A DNA stretch of 64,000 bases, taken from NCBI GenBank assembly GCA_044892525.1, contig CM097888.1, positions 37,758,001 to 37,822,000 of the forward strand, written 5' to 3'. The notes below the pieces were generated by a model. The model had not been told where the DNA came from. It saw only the letters and a program-made list of their open reading frames with translations, and did no database searches. This DNA comes from Schmidtea polychroa (lineage: Eukaryota). Numbering within the stretch: position 1 is the first letter of the stretch; each line of letters begins with the position of its first letter. Below, piece after piece: positions 12,306 through 25,200 of the stretch. Position numbers and translations under genes: made by a program.

Positions 12306-14033
12306 TTAATCAGCCATGTTAATTACGGTTTTCATTGATTTATTTGTTTTGTATTTGTCAACAGTTTCATTAGATTTGGAAAAGGAATCGGCAAATGAAG
12401 TAAGCACATCAACGAATATAATCCGTACTTTTTTTGGCCAAACGAAACAACAGGTTAGTAAACAACCCTGTAAACAAATAACAAGGGACCCAAATACTAT
12501 CAGCGGTCGATAATTAGTTAGGATGGCTATTATTTGAAATATATATCCGAATCCAAAAACCGCCGTAAGTCGAACGCAAAGCCACAAAATGGAATTTGAA
12601 TGGTCATTTGAAACTAATTGACATTCTTTTGACGTTTTAATTATTCGATAAAATACAAAAACGCAAGATCCAAAATTCCATAATAGCAAAAAACAAACTG
12701 GAATGAAATACCAAACCATTCCTCCAAGTTTATTTGTAAACCAACAATGACTTCCTCCATAATTCGGCCGTATGGTATAGTTCGTTGCTAAAGTAAATTC
12801 CAGTATAGTTGACAGTGTAACTATTAAACCAGAACAACTAAACCCAACTAAACAATAAAAACAAAAAGTTTTCCATGTCTTCTTTTTTCTAGAATTGACA
12901 GATTTCACACCAAAAGTCTGCAGCAAATCTAATGCATATATTGCCATCCAAATGAAATTGCATATGGAAATAAAATGCTGGAATATCCCCAAGTATTGGC
13001 AGAATGACGAATCCACAATGTTAGGATTTTGAACCAGCAGCGTGCAAAAATTAATCAACCAAAGACAAATACTCAGACATATTGTAAGGTATCCTCCAAA
13101 GTTATGAAATACTTTTTGCGTTATATAAAGAACAATCAAAACAGTCAAAGAAATCATTGATAAACATGTAAATATAAATGAAGTATAGTAAACAAAATAT
13201 TTCACGTTCTTTGATTCAATTGCGTAATCAGAATATGTCGTATTTACTTCCGGTATAAAAGCATCTCCATCTTCCGGTTCCATCCAATCATTGAAATTGA
13301 GTAGATATGAAAAGGTTGACATATCTAAAATGGAAGTCTGTTTCATGACTTGTAAAAGTCTACACTGGATCCTCCAACATTCACAGCAGAATTTATTTCT
13401 ATACAACGTTTGCCCATGAACTTCAAAGCTTTCAGGTCCATTTTTGCATTTATCTGTTATATTTTCCCCGAAATTCACAAAAGAATTTGAACAGAAATCT
13501 ATCAGTTTTGTTTTGCATGTTCTTTTTATATTATTTTCAATTTCCGGCTGTATTTCACACAGATCTTTATACTTCAGAATCGCTTGATTGGCCTCATAAA
13601 TGTCGGTAATATTCACATCCGGACAGCTAATGGAAATATTTAAGTAACTATAATTGTCTTCATTGTTGCAAATGGCGCAAAAAGAATTTTCATAAATAAC
13701 CCCATTGTCATTGATTACTGGGATAAAAGATTTGACAGGAACTTTAGAAAAAATTACCTCTTTACTGCACAATTTCGACAGAAAATGTTTATTGTTATTT
13801 TTGCATTTGTCAACGACATACATACTTTCAGCAATTGAAGGTTTGGATAATTTGCATTTTATAATGTTTTGCAAACTTCCGGGTTTGTTGAAAGATCCAT
13901 GACCGGAACAACAGTCACCATACAAGGTACATTTATCATCACAGTTGCAATATTCACTGTTCTTTTTGCATTTATCTGCAAATCCAACAATGGAACCGAA
14001 AAATAGAATTGTAATAGAAGATAAAAAAACCAT
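12306..14033 (-). CDS. Intronless SMB-domain class-B-like GPCR, copy 2, 575 aa
   Basis: Signal peptide, CNCDDKCTLYGDCC, FIWM, GGSHCWF and CLQG; paralog of copy 1. Confidence 0.92.
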   Translation of the reverse strand: MVFLSSITILFFGSIVGFADKCKKNSEYCNCDDKCTLYGDCCSGHGSFNKPGSLQNIIKCKLSKPSIAESMYVVDKCKNNNKHFLSKLCSKEVIFSKVPVKSFIPVINDNGVIYENSFCAICNNEDNYSYLNISISCPDVNITDIYEANQAILKYKDLCEIQPEIENNIKRTCKTKLIDFCSNSFVNFGENITDKCKNGPESFEVHGQTLYRNKFCCECWRIQCRLLQVMKQTSILDMSTFSYLLNFNDWMEPEDGDAFIPEVNTTYSDYAIESKNVKYFVYYTSFIFTCLSMISLTVLIVLYITQKVFHNFGGYLTICLSICLWLINFCTLLVQNPNIVDSSFCQYLGIFQHFISICNFIWMAIYALDLLQTFGVKSVNSRKKKTWKTFCFYCLVGFSCSGLIVTLSTILEFTLATNYTIRPNYGGSHCWFTNKLGGMVWYFIPVCFLLLWNFGSCVFVFYRIIKTSKECQLVSNDHSNSILWLCVRLTAVFGFGYIFQIIAILTNYRPLIVFGSLVICLQGCLLTCCFVWPKKVRIIFVDVLTSFADSFSKSNETVDKYKTNKSMKTVINMAD

Positions 14034-14903
14034 TTGGAGAGATGGAGATAATTTGAGAATCGAATTAAAACAGTTTGATATTTTATGTGATAAATTTACA
14101 GATTTATCATGCTTAAATTCTGGCCATTTTGTTGATTGATCATTCTTATGTCAACACAAACATTTACAGAAACAAAGAGAATAAAACATTTCATAATCAA
14201 TTTTGTCAGCATATTTTTTTTCTCATTTTATTTAATTTTAAATAATTTAATCGACATAATTAAATGAAAAAAAATGTATTTAGGATATTTCCCCCCTGGA
14301 CATTCCCCCATACCTTTCTCCCTGTCATTCCCTTCTCTGGACATTTCGAAGGTTTATAATAAACCTTCAAAGGGTTAAAAACCTTAGAATTTTTCAAACC
14401 TTATAATATGAATATCAAACAAAAGGTATACTCTGAGTATCCGACAACATATTTTCTCCTCTTATGGGTACTACTCACAAGGGCACTGGTCACACTCAAC
14501 AACTCCAAATATAATTATTATTATTAATATTATCATTAATACACCAAACACCACTGAGATACGTTCTCTATAGTGGTGGTTGGCGTGTAAAATCACTCAC
14601 CAATTTATTTACCAATTGTAAATTATCATCATCAGCAAATCAAGCATCAATTTATCATGTACTGAATTGCTAATCAATTATGTTTTTTGGAAATTTATTT
14701 TAGCCATTTTACAAATGGCTTACAAGTAATTTTTTTTATTTAAAGTAAATTTTAAGACTTGAATTTTGATCCATATGGATATGAGATCATTATTCCAGTT
14801 CTTAAATATTACTTTTAATCAACAATATAATTATAAATTATTTTTAATTAATTTTCAGGCTTTTTAGGAATTTTATGTCTTTTATTAAAGTATTTTGGAA
14901 TTA

Positions 14904-16813
14904 CAGTAGATTTCGTTTATAGAGAACTTGCTTAAAGAGAACAAAATCGGTTAAAGAGAATTTTTTGGTTTAAAAACGGCATTTACCCCAATTTTTCAGT
15001 GTAAATGTTCTCTTTAACCGATGATTGGTTAAAGAGAACATTTTTTTATTTTTTTATTTTTTCGAAATACAGTTTATTTTAGACAGTAAACATATAATTT
15101 AATTATTTTTGTTTTAAAAAGGTAATTGATTAAATGGTAACCTGATTAAAGGTTATTTGATTAATTGAAAATATTATTTTACTTAAAAATTTTAGGCCAT
15201 AATGAAATCAAGTTCTAGGACAATTCTAACACTCAAACAGAAATTTGAAATCATAGCACTTTTTGAGAAAGGAGAAAGCCAAGTATCATTGGCCAGAAAA
15301 TATAAAATATCACCTTCATCAATATCAAACATTTGTCACAAGAAAAGGGAAGAAATACTTGAGGCCTACAGTTCCAGGCCTTCATCAACCAAGAAACTGA
15401 AACAATCTTTTCATGATGATCTAGATATTCAGTTAAGGGATTGGTATTCGCTGCAACGATCCAGAAAGATTCCCATCAACAGTGTATTACTTATTGAAAA
15501 AGCTGATCAAATTGCCAAATACCTAAAGATTCAAGATTTTACTTGCACAATGAGTTGGATCCAACGTTTTAAAACTCGGCATTCTCTTGTTTTCGGATCT
15601 ATTTCTGGAGAAGCTGGTGATGTAAATAATGAGTTGGTGGCGTCGTGGCTTAAAAATGAGTGGCTGGAAATTAGGAAAGGTTATGGTAACAAAGATATTT
15701 TTAATGCAGACGAAACGGGATTATTTTACAGGCTTTTACCAAATAAAACAATTAAGGTTAAAGGAGAAAGATGCGTTGGAGGTCAGTTATCTAAGGATAG
15801 GATAACTTTGTTATTTTGTGCAAGTATGGAAGGTGAAAAATTGCCTCCATTAATAATTGGAAAATCAAAAAATCCCCGATGTTTTAAAAATGTTGATATT
15901 ACTTCCCTAAATTATAAAAACAATCAGAATGCATGGATGACTTCAATACTTTTTTCAAATTGGATTGTGTCATGGGATTCTAAATTAAGAAGTATTGGAA
16001 GAAATATTATTTTATTAGTAGATAATTGTTCTTCCCATCCTCCGTTAGGTCAATCTTTAACAAATATTGATCTAATTTTTATGCCTCCAAATACCACAAG
16101 TAAGTTACAGCCTTTAGATGTCGGGGTTATCAATGCTTTTAAGCAGTATTATAAAAAAGGAATTGTTACAAAAATGATTCATTTTTATGATTCTTATCCA
16201 GAAGAAAAATTTAAAGTAAGTATTCTTGATGCAATTAGTATGGCTAAAACGGCTTGGTCAAAAGTTAGCTGTAATACTATAAAAAATTGTTTTAGGCATT
16301 CTGGTTTCGGCGAAGTGGTTGAAGGAATGGCAATAAATGAAAAATTTTCACCTGATATAGAGGAATATTTTGAAAAGCAACACTCGTTTACTGATTTTGT
16401 TAATGCTGAAGAAAATTTAGTAACAGAAAATGTAACTGAACAGGAAGTAGAATTAAATTTGTCGCTATCTGATACGTCAGATAACAATCAATGTGTTGAG
16501 CTTCCCAACATTCATAAAGCATTTGAGTGCATGCAACAAGTAGTTCTTTTTTATTCAAATCAGGATAAAACTATCCATTTACAAGAAAGTTTAATAGCAA
16601 TTGAATCAGATTTGGAGAAGATTTTACTCAAGAAAAAAACCAGGCAACGGAAAATAACTGAGTTTATTTTCAAAAAATAAATGTGTTAGTTAGTAAAATT
16701 TTTTGAATATTTTTAAAATTATCCTTATTAAAAGTATCGGTTATAGAGAAGTATCGGTTATAGAGAACATTTTTTCAAGTCCCAAAAATGTTCTCTTTAA
16801 GGGGTATCTACTG
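14904..16813 (+). mobile_element. Complete Tigger/pogo (Tc1-mariner superfamily) transposon, 1910 bp
   Basis: 24-bp TIRs CAGTAGAT...AGAGAAC (19/24 match), TA on both sides (14902-14903, 16814-16815), and repeated subterminal GGTTA(A/T)AGAGAA sites. Confidence 0.95.
15202..16680 (+). CDS. Tigger/pogo transposase (CENP-B-type HTH + DDE_1), 492 aa
   Basis: N-terminal HTH LTLKQKFEII, WIQRFKTRH, and the catalytic triad in FNADETGLF / LLVDNCSSH / LQPLDVGVI. Confidence 0.95.
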   Translation: MKSSSRTILTLKQKFEIIALFEKGESQVSLARKYKISPSSISNICHKKREEILEAYSSRPSSTKKLKQSFHDDLDIQLRDWYSLQRSRKIPINSVLLIEKADQIAKYLKIQDFTCTMSWIQRFKTRHSLVFGSISGEAGDVNNELVASWLKNEWLEIRKGYGNKDIFNADETGLFYRLLPNKTIKVKGERCVGGQLSKDRITLLFCASMEGEKLPPLIIGKSKNPRCFKNVDITSLNYKNNQNAWMTSILFSNWIVSWDSKLRSIGRNIILLVDNCSSHPPLGQSLTNIDLIFMPPNTTSKLQPLDVGVINAFKQYYKKGIVTKMIHFYDSYPEEKFKVSILDAISMAKTAWSKVSCNTIKNCFRHSGFGEVVEGMAINEKFSPDIEEYFEKQHSFTDFVNAEENLVTENVTEQEVELNLSLSDTSDNNQCVELPNIHKAFECMQQVVLFYSNQDKTIHLQESLIAIESDLEKILLKKKTRQRKITEFIFKK

Positions 16814-18237
16814 TATTTCGAAAAAACATGAGTCAGATATGTTTTTAATTATAATTAATTAAATAAATAAATCCCAAAAAATATGTATTTTTTTAAAACA
16901 TTTTGGGAAAAATCGCTGATTAGAATAATTTTTGAACTTTTTTTTCTGAGCTCAATATGAGGGATTCTTTAAGGAAATCAAATCTGGAGTAAAAAGATAT
17001 TGAACCAAATTCATCTGCTCTTGATATTTTCAATTAAAATATAATTTTAAAAATTTTCAACGACCATATTTTTCTAAAAATTGTCTAAAATAGAATTATT
17101 ATAGAAACGTATCTCATCGTTACATTTCTACGAATCAAAAGTTTGTATGTGTTTTTTAATATGTGTTGCGTTTGTGTGCAGTTTTTAATTTTTCTTCCAC
17201 TTTTCAGATTTCTATAGTATAAGATGTATCTCACTGAGCTATAAATGAGAACATCAATGTGAAATCAAAGTAAGTATGTATGTTTCTATAATGTAAGATT
17301 ATTGATTTTTTTGTTATATTATAGGAAACGGTTCTCAGTGGTGTTTGGTGTATTAATATTATTATTGTTTTTTTCAAAGTCATTGATGACTCATTCATGG
17401 TCAAATATATAGACAGCCCGGAGTTCCTGCATGGTATTGCCCACAACCTTCATCTTTGAAGTAGTAAAATCTGATTAACATTTATTTTTTAGTCTGTTAT
17501 TTTAAATTTTATATTTTGTATTCTGATGAACAAATTTTTGTGTCGAATGACAGGGGGAAAATATCCTGTTTCCAATTAAATGAAAAAAAAATGTATTTTT
17601 ACAAATATAAATGATGAAATTTTAATAAAATTTCATGACCAATTTTACAGTATTTATTTCAAACAAAGTTTATGTTGCCGCAAAAATTTCCAACATAATT
17701 TCTTCGACACCCTTCTACTTCCAAATTGAGAAAATTTTATATCTAGAAATTAAAAAATACGTAAATTTTTAAAGGTTTGTTAACAATTAAAACAAAATTA
17801 AGCTGAGATTTTAAAACGATTTATTCTTTTGTTCATTATGTGTTAAATAAAATTGTTAAGATTTGGATGTTTAATGCGTCATATTATGGATGGTGTACAA
17901 AATACACGACGCGAGGAGTTATTTAAAATAAAGGTACGCGACTTCCTAAAGGTTAAATAAAATAAAATAACAAAAGTAAATAAACTCGAGTAATTGTTTA
18001 CAACTTATGGTAATATAAATATAATTTTAGGAGATAAAATTATTAAAAAATTAAAATAAATGGATATACGAAATAAAATTATAAATAAAAAATGAATTAA
18101 CTGACATTGTTGACCCATTGATGTCATAAAATTAATCGAATATGAAAAGTGAAAAGACATATATAAAAATATATACAACTAAAGCGTTTGAATTTTAATG
18201 ATTAATTGCGTCTGGAGCTTAAGAGTTACAAATAAAG

Positions 18238-18400
18238 ATGAATTTTTTAATATATCAAATAATGGTTCTTAAGGTTGAAAAAGAGACTTTCTCACGTTGA
18301 TCATGGAAGGTCTACGTTAGCTTATTCATCGGTAAGCAAAATTTGTATTAAAGTCAATGCCGAATCTGGTAATGCTAGATATACAGAAACGAGGAAAAAA
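18238..18400 (+). pseudogene. EEF2: Decayed 5' fragment of translation elongation factor 2
   Basis: 18293-18400 reads HVDHGRSTLAYSSVSKICIKVNAESGNARYTETRK, against eEF2 HVDHGKSTLTDSLVSKAG...G.ARFTDTRK. The upstream frame MNFLIYQI resembles MVNFTVDQI, with a frameshift between the two. Confidence 0.7.
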
Positions 18401-19774
18401 ATCCCTAACTATTTGCAATAAACTATTACAAGTCAATTACTTTTTTATACCTTGGTACCTATAATCACATTTGACAAATCCATGTAGGTTTAAAGTTGTT
18501 ATTATTTAAAAGATGATAAGTCTTAGATTGTTGAAAACTTAGGCGAGTTTAAAGGTGCTCTGAATACTCGAAATCTCACTCGAGTGTATCCAAGGTAACA
18601 GAGGCGTGGCTGGGGATTGCATTTGTCTTGAGGCACTAAAATGTGATTTGAAAACTTTGGTATGTTGGAATTTGAAACATTCATGTATTAATAATGTCTG
18701 TTAAATATCCTAGTTATTGTCGTTTTGCTATATTCTATCTCATAATTATCATTAAGCATGTTATACCTTCACAGTAAACTACTCATAGAATCCTCGATTT
18801 TGTCATTTTTATTTTGCACTTCTCACTATTGAACGAAATGAGATGGAAAAATGTCATTTTGATAAAATTATTGATCATTTTGTGATGGTAAAATCCAGAA
18901 AAATAAATTTGCTATGAATGTAAAAATTGGAAATTGAATTCGGTATGATGGCTTAGTCTTCTTTGAATGAACGTGTAAACTTGGGTCATTTTACGAAATG
19001 TTGACTTTATTGTAAAAAATGTCTATTTATCTTGAAACAATTTAATATATAAAGATAAATATTAATAACTCTGACTGGACCAGAAAAGAAAATACATTTT
19101 AGCTAAATTTGTGAATAAAGTATTACACAATCAAGGATATTTAATATTTTAAATCTATAATGTATTTTAGAAGAATTGAGCCTCATGAAAATAATTGTTC
19201 AAGTTTTAACATTACATTGGAAAAACTTTTAATACATGATAAATATTAAATGCACTTTAAAAAATTGCATAATTACGCTTTAAGCGATTTTAATATACTA
19301 CTTACAAATTTGTAATGTGAATTTGTAACCGAAACAATTTTTACTTTGTATATAACACTAACACAATTTATATCATAAAAAGAAATACTAAATCATTAAA
19401 ATTTTTGATTTGAAAATTTTTATTTTATTAATATGCGTTCTTATAATTAATTCGAAATAATTTATTGCTAATATTTGACATGAATAATAAAGCTTTTTGA
19501 GTTTTGTTTCAATGAAATATTTTTTATCATTATTTTCTAAATGAATTTGTTACATTCCATTACATAAATTTTAACAAAATATTTCATATTGTAATTTTTC
19601 TATCATAGATATCTAATTTGAAAATTTGACATCTGCCATGTTCATTATGCGGATCAGCATGAGAGGCGCTGAAAATGTCAAAAAACGAATTCTTGTTTTA
19701 TTAAGTATTATTTCGAACATTTTCACCAACAAGAAATTCTAATTTAAAAAAATGTAAAAATGATCAAATTTAAA

Positions 19775-19924
19775 NNNNNNNNNNNNNNNNNNNNNNNNNN
19801 NNNNNNNNNNNNNNNNNNNNNNNNNNNNNNNNNNNNNNNNNNNNNNNNNNNNNNNNNNNNNNNNNNNNNNNNNNNNNNNNNNNNNNNNNNNNNNNNNNNN
19901 NNNNNNNNNNNNNNNNNNNNNNNN
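19775..19924. other. Assembly gap (N)
   Basis: N run. Confidence 1.
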
Positions 19925-20081
19925 TTATTTCTGACAGACTGACAGTTTATCCTTAAAAATTAAATAATTATTTAACAAACTAAATGAACAAATATTCAAA
20001 ATTTGTGTCATTATTATTAAAGTAAATAAACTCATTATTATTTGAATTTCATTTTTTATTATACTTTGACAAAAAATTCCA

Positions 20082-21767
20082 ATGTTATTTTTGATGATTT
20101 TTGCAGGTTTATTCTACCATTCAGAATCTTGTTCAAACCTTCATAAATTATGTTATTGCGACTCTTATTGTAAGGAATTCGGTGATTGTTGCCCTGATTT
20201 AAAAATAGACAAGCAAATCAATAACACTAATATAATAAAGTGCAAATCAATAATTACGGACTATCAAATAGATGTTTCAATGATCGATTCTTGCACTTCC
20301 CATCAGGATCAATTACAAGATTTATGTTCAAGAAAAGCCTTCCCTACAGAACTGAAAATCAGATCATTTATCCCTGTAATTTCGGAAAATGGTAATATAT
20401 ATAAGAATTTTTACTGTGCAAAATGCAATGAAAAAAAACAATTTAAATATCTTCCTATTTCAATTTATTGTTTTAATTACACTATAACAAATATTTTTGA
20501 AGCCATTAGCATTTTTGAGATAATACACGAAAAATGCAAAATAAATGCTAAAATAACCAATGATATTCCTAAATGTGAAAAGAATGTAATAAATTCCTGT
20601 CCGAGTTTTAGTGGAAATTCAACGAAAGACAATTGTGAAGTCGGTCCACGTAAAATGGCAACAGATGGGGTTTATATTTATAGAAATTTTCACTGTTGCA
20701 AGTGCAGAAATGTTTCCTGTATTAAGTTTGAAATTCCGAATCCCAATACATTTAATATGCTTCATGATAGTTTTTCCTATTCGCTTAATTTCAATGAATG
20801 GGAAGAAAGTGGTAAAGTCAAAATTGAATCGGAAGCAAATCAAACCAATACCAAACATGAGAATAGTTTTGATCGGTTTATTTTTTATTTATCTTTTTTA
20901 TTTTCATTGATGTCAATAATTTCCCTATGTATAATAATTGCAATTTATGCCTGCAAAAGCATGTTTCACAATTTTGCCGGTTATCTAACATTATGTCTCT
21001 GTTTTAACTCAATTTTTTCCACCATATCTACTCTGTTCTTTACCAGCTTCTTCATAACTGTGACGATTGCCTGTAGGTATTTGGCAATGTTGAAACATTT
21101 CATTAACATGAACTATTTCATTTTCATGTCAATATACGGGTTTGATCTTTTACTCACATTTGGCAGTGAATCAACTTCTTTGGTGAAACGAAAGATCTGG
21201 AAAAGATTCGTTATTTATTTCGCAGTCGGTTTCGGTTTGTCGTTTTCTGTTGTTTCATTGGCAATCGTTTCCGATTTCACCGTGGAACGCAATTCATCTA
21301 TTCGACCGAGATACGGAGGTAAATATTGTTGGTTCACAAACAAAATTGGAGGAATGATTTGGTATTTTGTTCCCGTCTGTTTGTTATTGGGCTGGAATTT
21401 TGTCATATGTGTTGTAGTATTTTACAGATTAGTTAAAACAAAATCAGAATGTCAAATAGTAAAAACTGGTCAACTCAATTCAACATTCTGGCTATGTTTT
21501 CGACTAAGTTTAATCCTCGGAGCCGTTTATGTCATTTCAATTTTCGTAATTTTAATTAATGTTGCAAGCCTGATAGTCATAGGGTCTTTAATTAATAATC
21601 TCCAAGGATTTATGTTGGCATTTTGCTTTTTATGGCCGAAACGGGTACGAAAGTCACTGAAGATTTCCATTTCTTCTTTGAAAAACTGTATAGAATCGTC
21701 AATATCATATAATAAAGAATTTAATGGAACCTATTCACAAACAAAACCTAGCTATATAGATCACTGA
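20082..21767 (+). CDS. Intronless SMB-domain class-B-like GPCR, copy 3 (inverted), 561 aa
   Basis: Signal peptide, CYCDSYCKEFGDCC, 7TM with GGKYCWF and NLQGF. Confidence 0.92.
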   Translation: MLFLMIFAGLFYHSESCSNLHKLCYCDSYCKEFGDCCPDLKIDKQINNTNIIKCKSIITDYQIDVSMIDSCTSHQDQLQDLCSRKAFPTELKIRSFIPVISENGNIYKNFYCAKCNEKKQFKYLPISIYCFNYTITNIFEAISIFEIIHEKCKINAKITNDIPKCEKNVINSCPSFSGNSTKDNCEVGPRKMATDGVYIYRNFHCCKCRNVSCIKFEIPNPNTFNMLHDSFSYSLNFNEWEESGKVKIESEANQTNTKHENSFDRFIFYLSFLFSLMSIISLCIIIAIYACKSMFHNFAGYLTLCLCFNSIFSTISTLFFTSFFITVTIACRYLAMLKHFINMNYFIFMSIYGFDLLLTFGSESTSLVKRKIWKRFVIYFAVGFGLSFSVVSLAIVSDFTVERNSSIRPRYGGKYCWFTNKIGGMIWYFVPVCLLLGWNFVICVVVFYRLVKTKSECQIVKTGQLNSTFWLCFRLSLILGAVYVISIFVILINVASLIVIGSLINNLQGFMLAFCFLWPKRVRKSLKISISSLKNCIESSISYNKEFNGTYSQTKPSYIDH

Positions 21768-21919
21768 TATAATTCAATGAAAGCTCTATAATTGCAAAAT
21801 AGACAAAGGCAACAATTTCTTTAACATTTTCATATTTTTAACTGAAAAATTTAATTATTTATATAAATTGATTAGTTTATAAATAAAATTTTAAAAGTAC
21901 ATTTTGTAGCAAATGATTT

Positions 21920-22248
21920 NNNNNNNNNNNNNNNNNNNNNNNNNNNNNNNNNNNNNNNNNNNNNNNNNNNNNNNNNNNNNNNNNNNNNNNNNNNNNNNNN
22001 NNNNNNNNNNNNNNNNNNNNNNNNNNNNNNNNNNNNNNNNNNNNNNNNNNNNNNNNNNNNNNNNNNNNNNNNNNNNNNNNNNNNNNNNNNNNNNNNNNNN
22101 NNNNNNNNNNNNNNNNNNNNNNNNNNNNNNNNNNNNNNNNNNNNNNNNNNNNNNNNNNNNNNNNNNNNNNNNNNNNNNNNNNNNNNNNNNNNNNNNNNNN
22201 NNNNNNNNNNNNNNNNNNNNNNNNNNNNNNNNNNNNNNNNNNNNNNNN
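21920..22248. other. Assembly gap (N)
   Basis: N run. Confidence 1.
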
Positions 22249-25200
22249 AGCCTTTTGCTGCGAATAATGTATTTTTGAAAAAATTTTCAACTATAAGATA
22301 GCCCTTGTCAATTTCCTTTGAATATAAAATGGTAAATTATAAAGTTTAGTTTAGTATTAATATCTTATTATTATTTATCATGACTCGGTAATTATTATTA
22401 TGTTATGGTACACAATTTAACTCCAGTTGAAAATTCATATATAATTACATTTCAAAGAATTTAATTGTTTTTTTTTAAATAAATCAAAAAACGTAGTATC
22501 ATAATTTAATGTTTAAAAATAGAATGACAATTAGATCGCTACTCCGCGAGTTGACGAGTCCATCAATTAAGATTCGAGTTAAAACAAGATAGATTTATGT
22601 CTATCAAAGTGATTTTTAATTACATTATAACAAATTTTTAATTTGTTTTTATTGAATATAATATCATAATTTTAGATTATATTTTGTTTACTAATTTTTA
22701 CTAAAATATGATATTTTTAGAAGTTTTCATATTTTCTCTATTTATTTATCAACCACTAAGCATTTAAAATAAACTATATTATTTTAACTTATTAAATACC
22801 AATTTCTTTTTTTAGAATTGATTTTAATTTCCGGTATAATTAATTTAAAATAAATTAATTTAATAATTTAAAAAAATAAATTTAATAATAAATTTAAGTA
22901 TGAAAATTGATTTTATGAAATTTGAACAAGATTTTAAGATAAAACAATTTTTCATAAAAAATATAATTTTTTTCAAAATTGGATATGCAAAATGTCATGA
23001 ACATTTTTGTTTTTTTTGTACAAATTTCTAGATAAATGCTCGATTTAGTTGACTTGAAAGATAGATTTGTTATATTAGTAATATTTAAGAAAATGATATG
23101 GACATCATCCGTTACCTCAATACAGCTTTTTATATATAAAAGAATTAAGACAGGGGGACGATTTGTATCAGAAATAGAATTAAGAAAAAATGTTTTAGTA
23201 ATTTATTTACAAGAATATCTAGACATAAAGGTGTTGCAGTAATTTTAAACTCAAAACTTGTTTCATTAAGTGAATATTTAATTCAAAAAAAAATTTCGAT
23301 TATAGAATAATCCTTTTCCATTTATTATTTCCATCCAACTGAATTTATTTGTTATTTTTTCTTTCATTCATGACTTTACTACAATAGCATTTTATCTTTT
23401 ATCAAATTATATTCAGGTTGTTTTTAGTTTTAATTGTTTTTTTCCTGGAGTATTTTCTTAAATTCAATGAACAGCTTCATTTATTTTCAGTATAATTAAC
23501 TAAATATTTAATTATTCTAGAGAAAATAAACAATTTGATAAATAATATCGAGAAGGAATTGTTTGTTTTAAATGATGGATAATATTCGATGCTGACAGCA
23601 AATAATCGTAAATCACACAAAGCCGTCAATCTCAAAAGATCTGTGTTTTGTTTGTTTAATTATTTTCACCTTTAACGGCAAATTTGCAATTATATTTGTA
23701 AGAATATGAAATTGAATATAAAATTTAAAATTACTCAAAACACTTTGAAATAATTTTATTTATTTTCATTTTGACAAAAGATTAAACATTTTATTATTAT
23801 ACTCAACACAAATTTTCGGCTTCACCTTTATCAAGTGTAAATATCACATGATCTTTTATTTGCTATTTTTGTCAAAATACAAATAAATGAAATTTCAAAA
23901 GACAGATCAAAGGTGACCAACAAAATTAAGGACTTTGAATAATAATTTTGAAATCGCAAATAAAACGACAGTACAAAGAAAGACTGTTTGGACTAATAAA
24001 TAATTTCGACGGGGATATAATTATAATTTAACTCCAGCGGTTTATAGATTAAAACAACAAAACCCAATAAAGTATTATTTTCAGTAAAACAACTTTTTAA
24101 AAAGTTACTGATTAATTCAAATAAAAATATTATCAACAAGAAAACTAATCCCAAGGAGTCCACCTAAAAAAGTAAAAAGTTTTGCAACATTTGTAAATCT
24201 GAACTCCATCATATGATCACATTCCAATTTTCATAGACCCCAAAAACCGTTTGCTCTATATTAAGGCTCTAAGTGAAACTTCAAGCAGAAAATAAATTGA
24301 TTCAGCTTTAAATAATTTAACTCTCATTTAATAGTTTCATTTCTTTAACCGTTCCTTTTTTATGGTTTTCTCCTCATCACTCAGATTAAATAATTTTCCC
24401 ACGAAAGGCCGAAAAGATTTAAACAAATCAAGTTACTTAATTTTGGCTAGGCAGGCGTTTTTTACTTTATAATTAAATTGATTTGTTTTTATCAATTAAT
24501 TAATAATTAGTTTGTATTTATTAAATAACTTTGTCTCGGAACCCACGGTCGATTTTATATTAATTTATTCATATGCATCTCTTTATTTGCTGTCTACTCA
24601 TACCTTCACCAAAAAATATCATTTTTCAAATCTTTCATGATATCTGTTTTGCTTTGCACATTAATTTCATTCTCTAGTTTGTGTTAAATTTTATGTTTTA
24701 ATTGCTTTGCACAGAATTTGATTTACATAATTCCAATAAATTTACCAAAGTGCATTTATTATAGAAACTACCTATGCCAAGAGACATTATTATGATGTAA
24801 GGCAAGGTTACTGAATTAGTGGTGAAACCGTATTTTATAAGGAGTATTAGTAAAATCCAATATTTTATTTTATTCACCTTTGACTTGTTTTTGTTATCAT
24901 CAAAAATTTCATTTATTTTCATTACGAATATATGAAAGACTTTTATCTTCCTATCTAACACAAATATTCGGTCGAACCTTTATTAAATATTATTTATATA
25001 GAAGACTTGTTAAGGACTGTGCCAATAATTTGTGTTAAATATAAATAAAAATTAATAATTAGTCAAGCTCTCAAAACGTTTTTATTAACATTTATTTCAA
25101 ATAAGTATTACAAAAGGTGAGACAGACGAAAAACAAAACACTAAAGGAAAAAAAAAATTCCAGTCTGGCAAGATTGCTATGTCGGTTTTAAATTCTATTT

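Larger units (their letters stand above)
14542..17350. mobile_element. Middle TA-flanked TIR element (about 0.9 kb when empty), interrupted by Tigger
   Basis: Perfect 25-bp inverted match 14535-14559 / 17333-17357, with TA|CACCAAACACCACTGAGA termini. An inverted homolog at 40997-41772 is contiguous across the Tigger insertion site. Confidence 0.75.
14282..17573. mobile_element. Outer non-autonomous TIR element (possibly Mutator-like) hosting two nested elements
   Basis: Left end AGGATATTTCCCCCCTGGACATTC (14282-14305, with tandem sub-repeats) is the imperfect inverse of GAATGACAGGGGGAAAATATCCT (17545-17567). The superfamily is only inferred. Confidence 0.6.

Noticed and set aside
17930-17957. 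piggyBac-like end (...AAAGGTTAA), also at about 14371
   Set aside because: Both face the same way; no pair.
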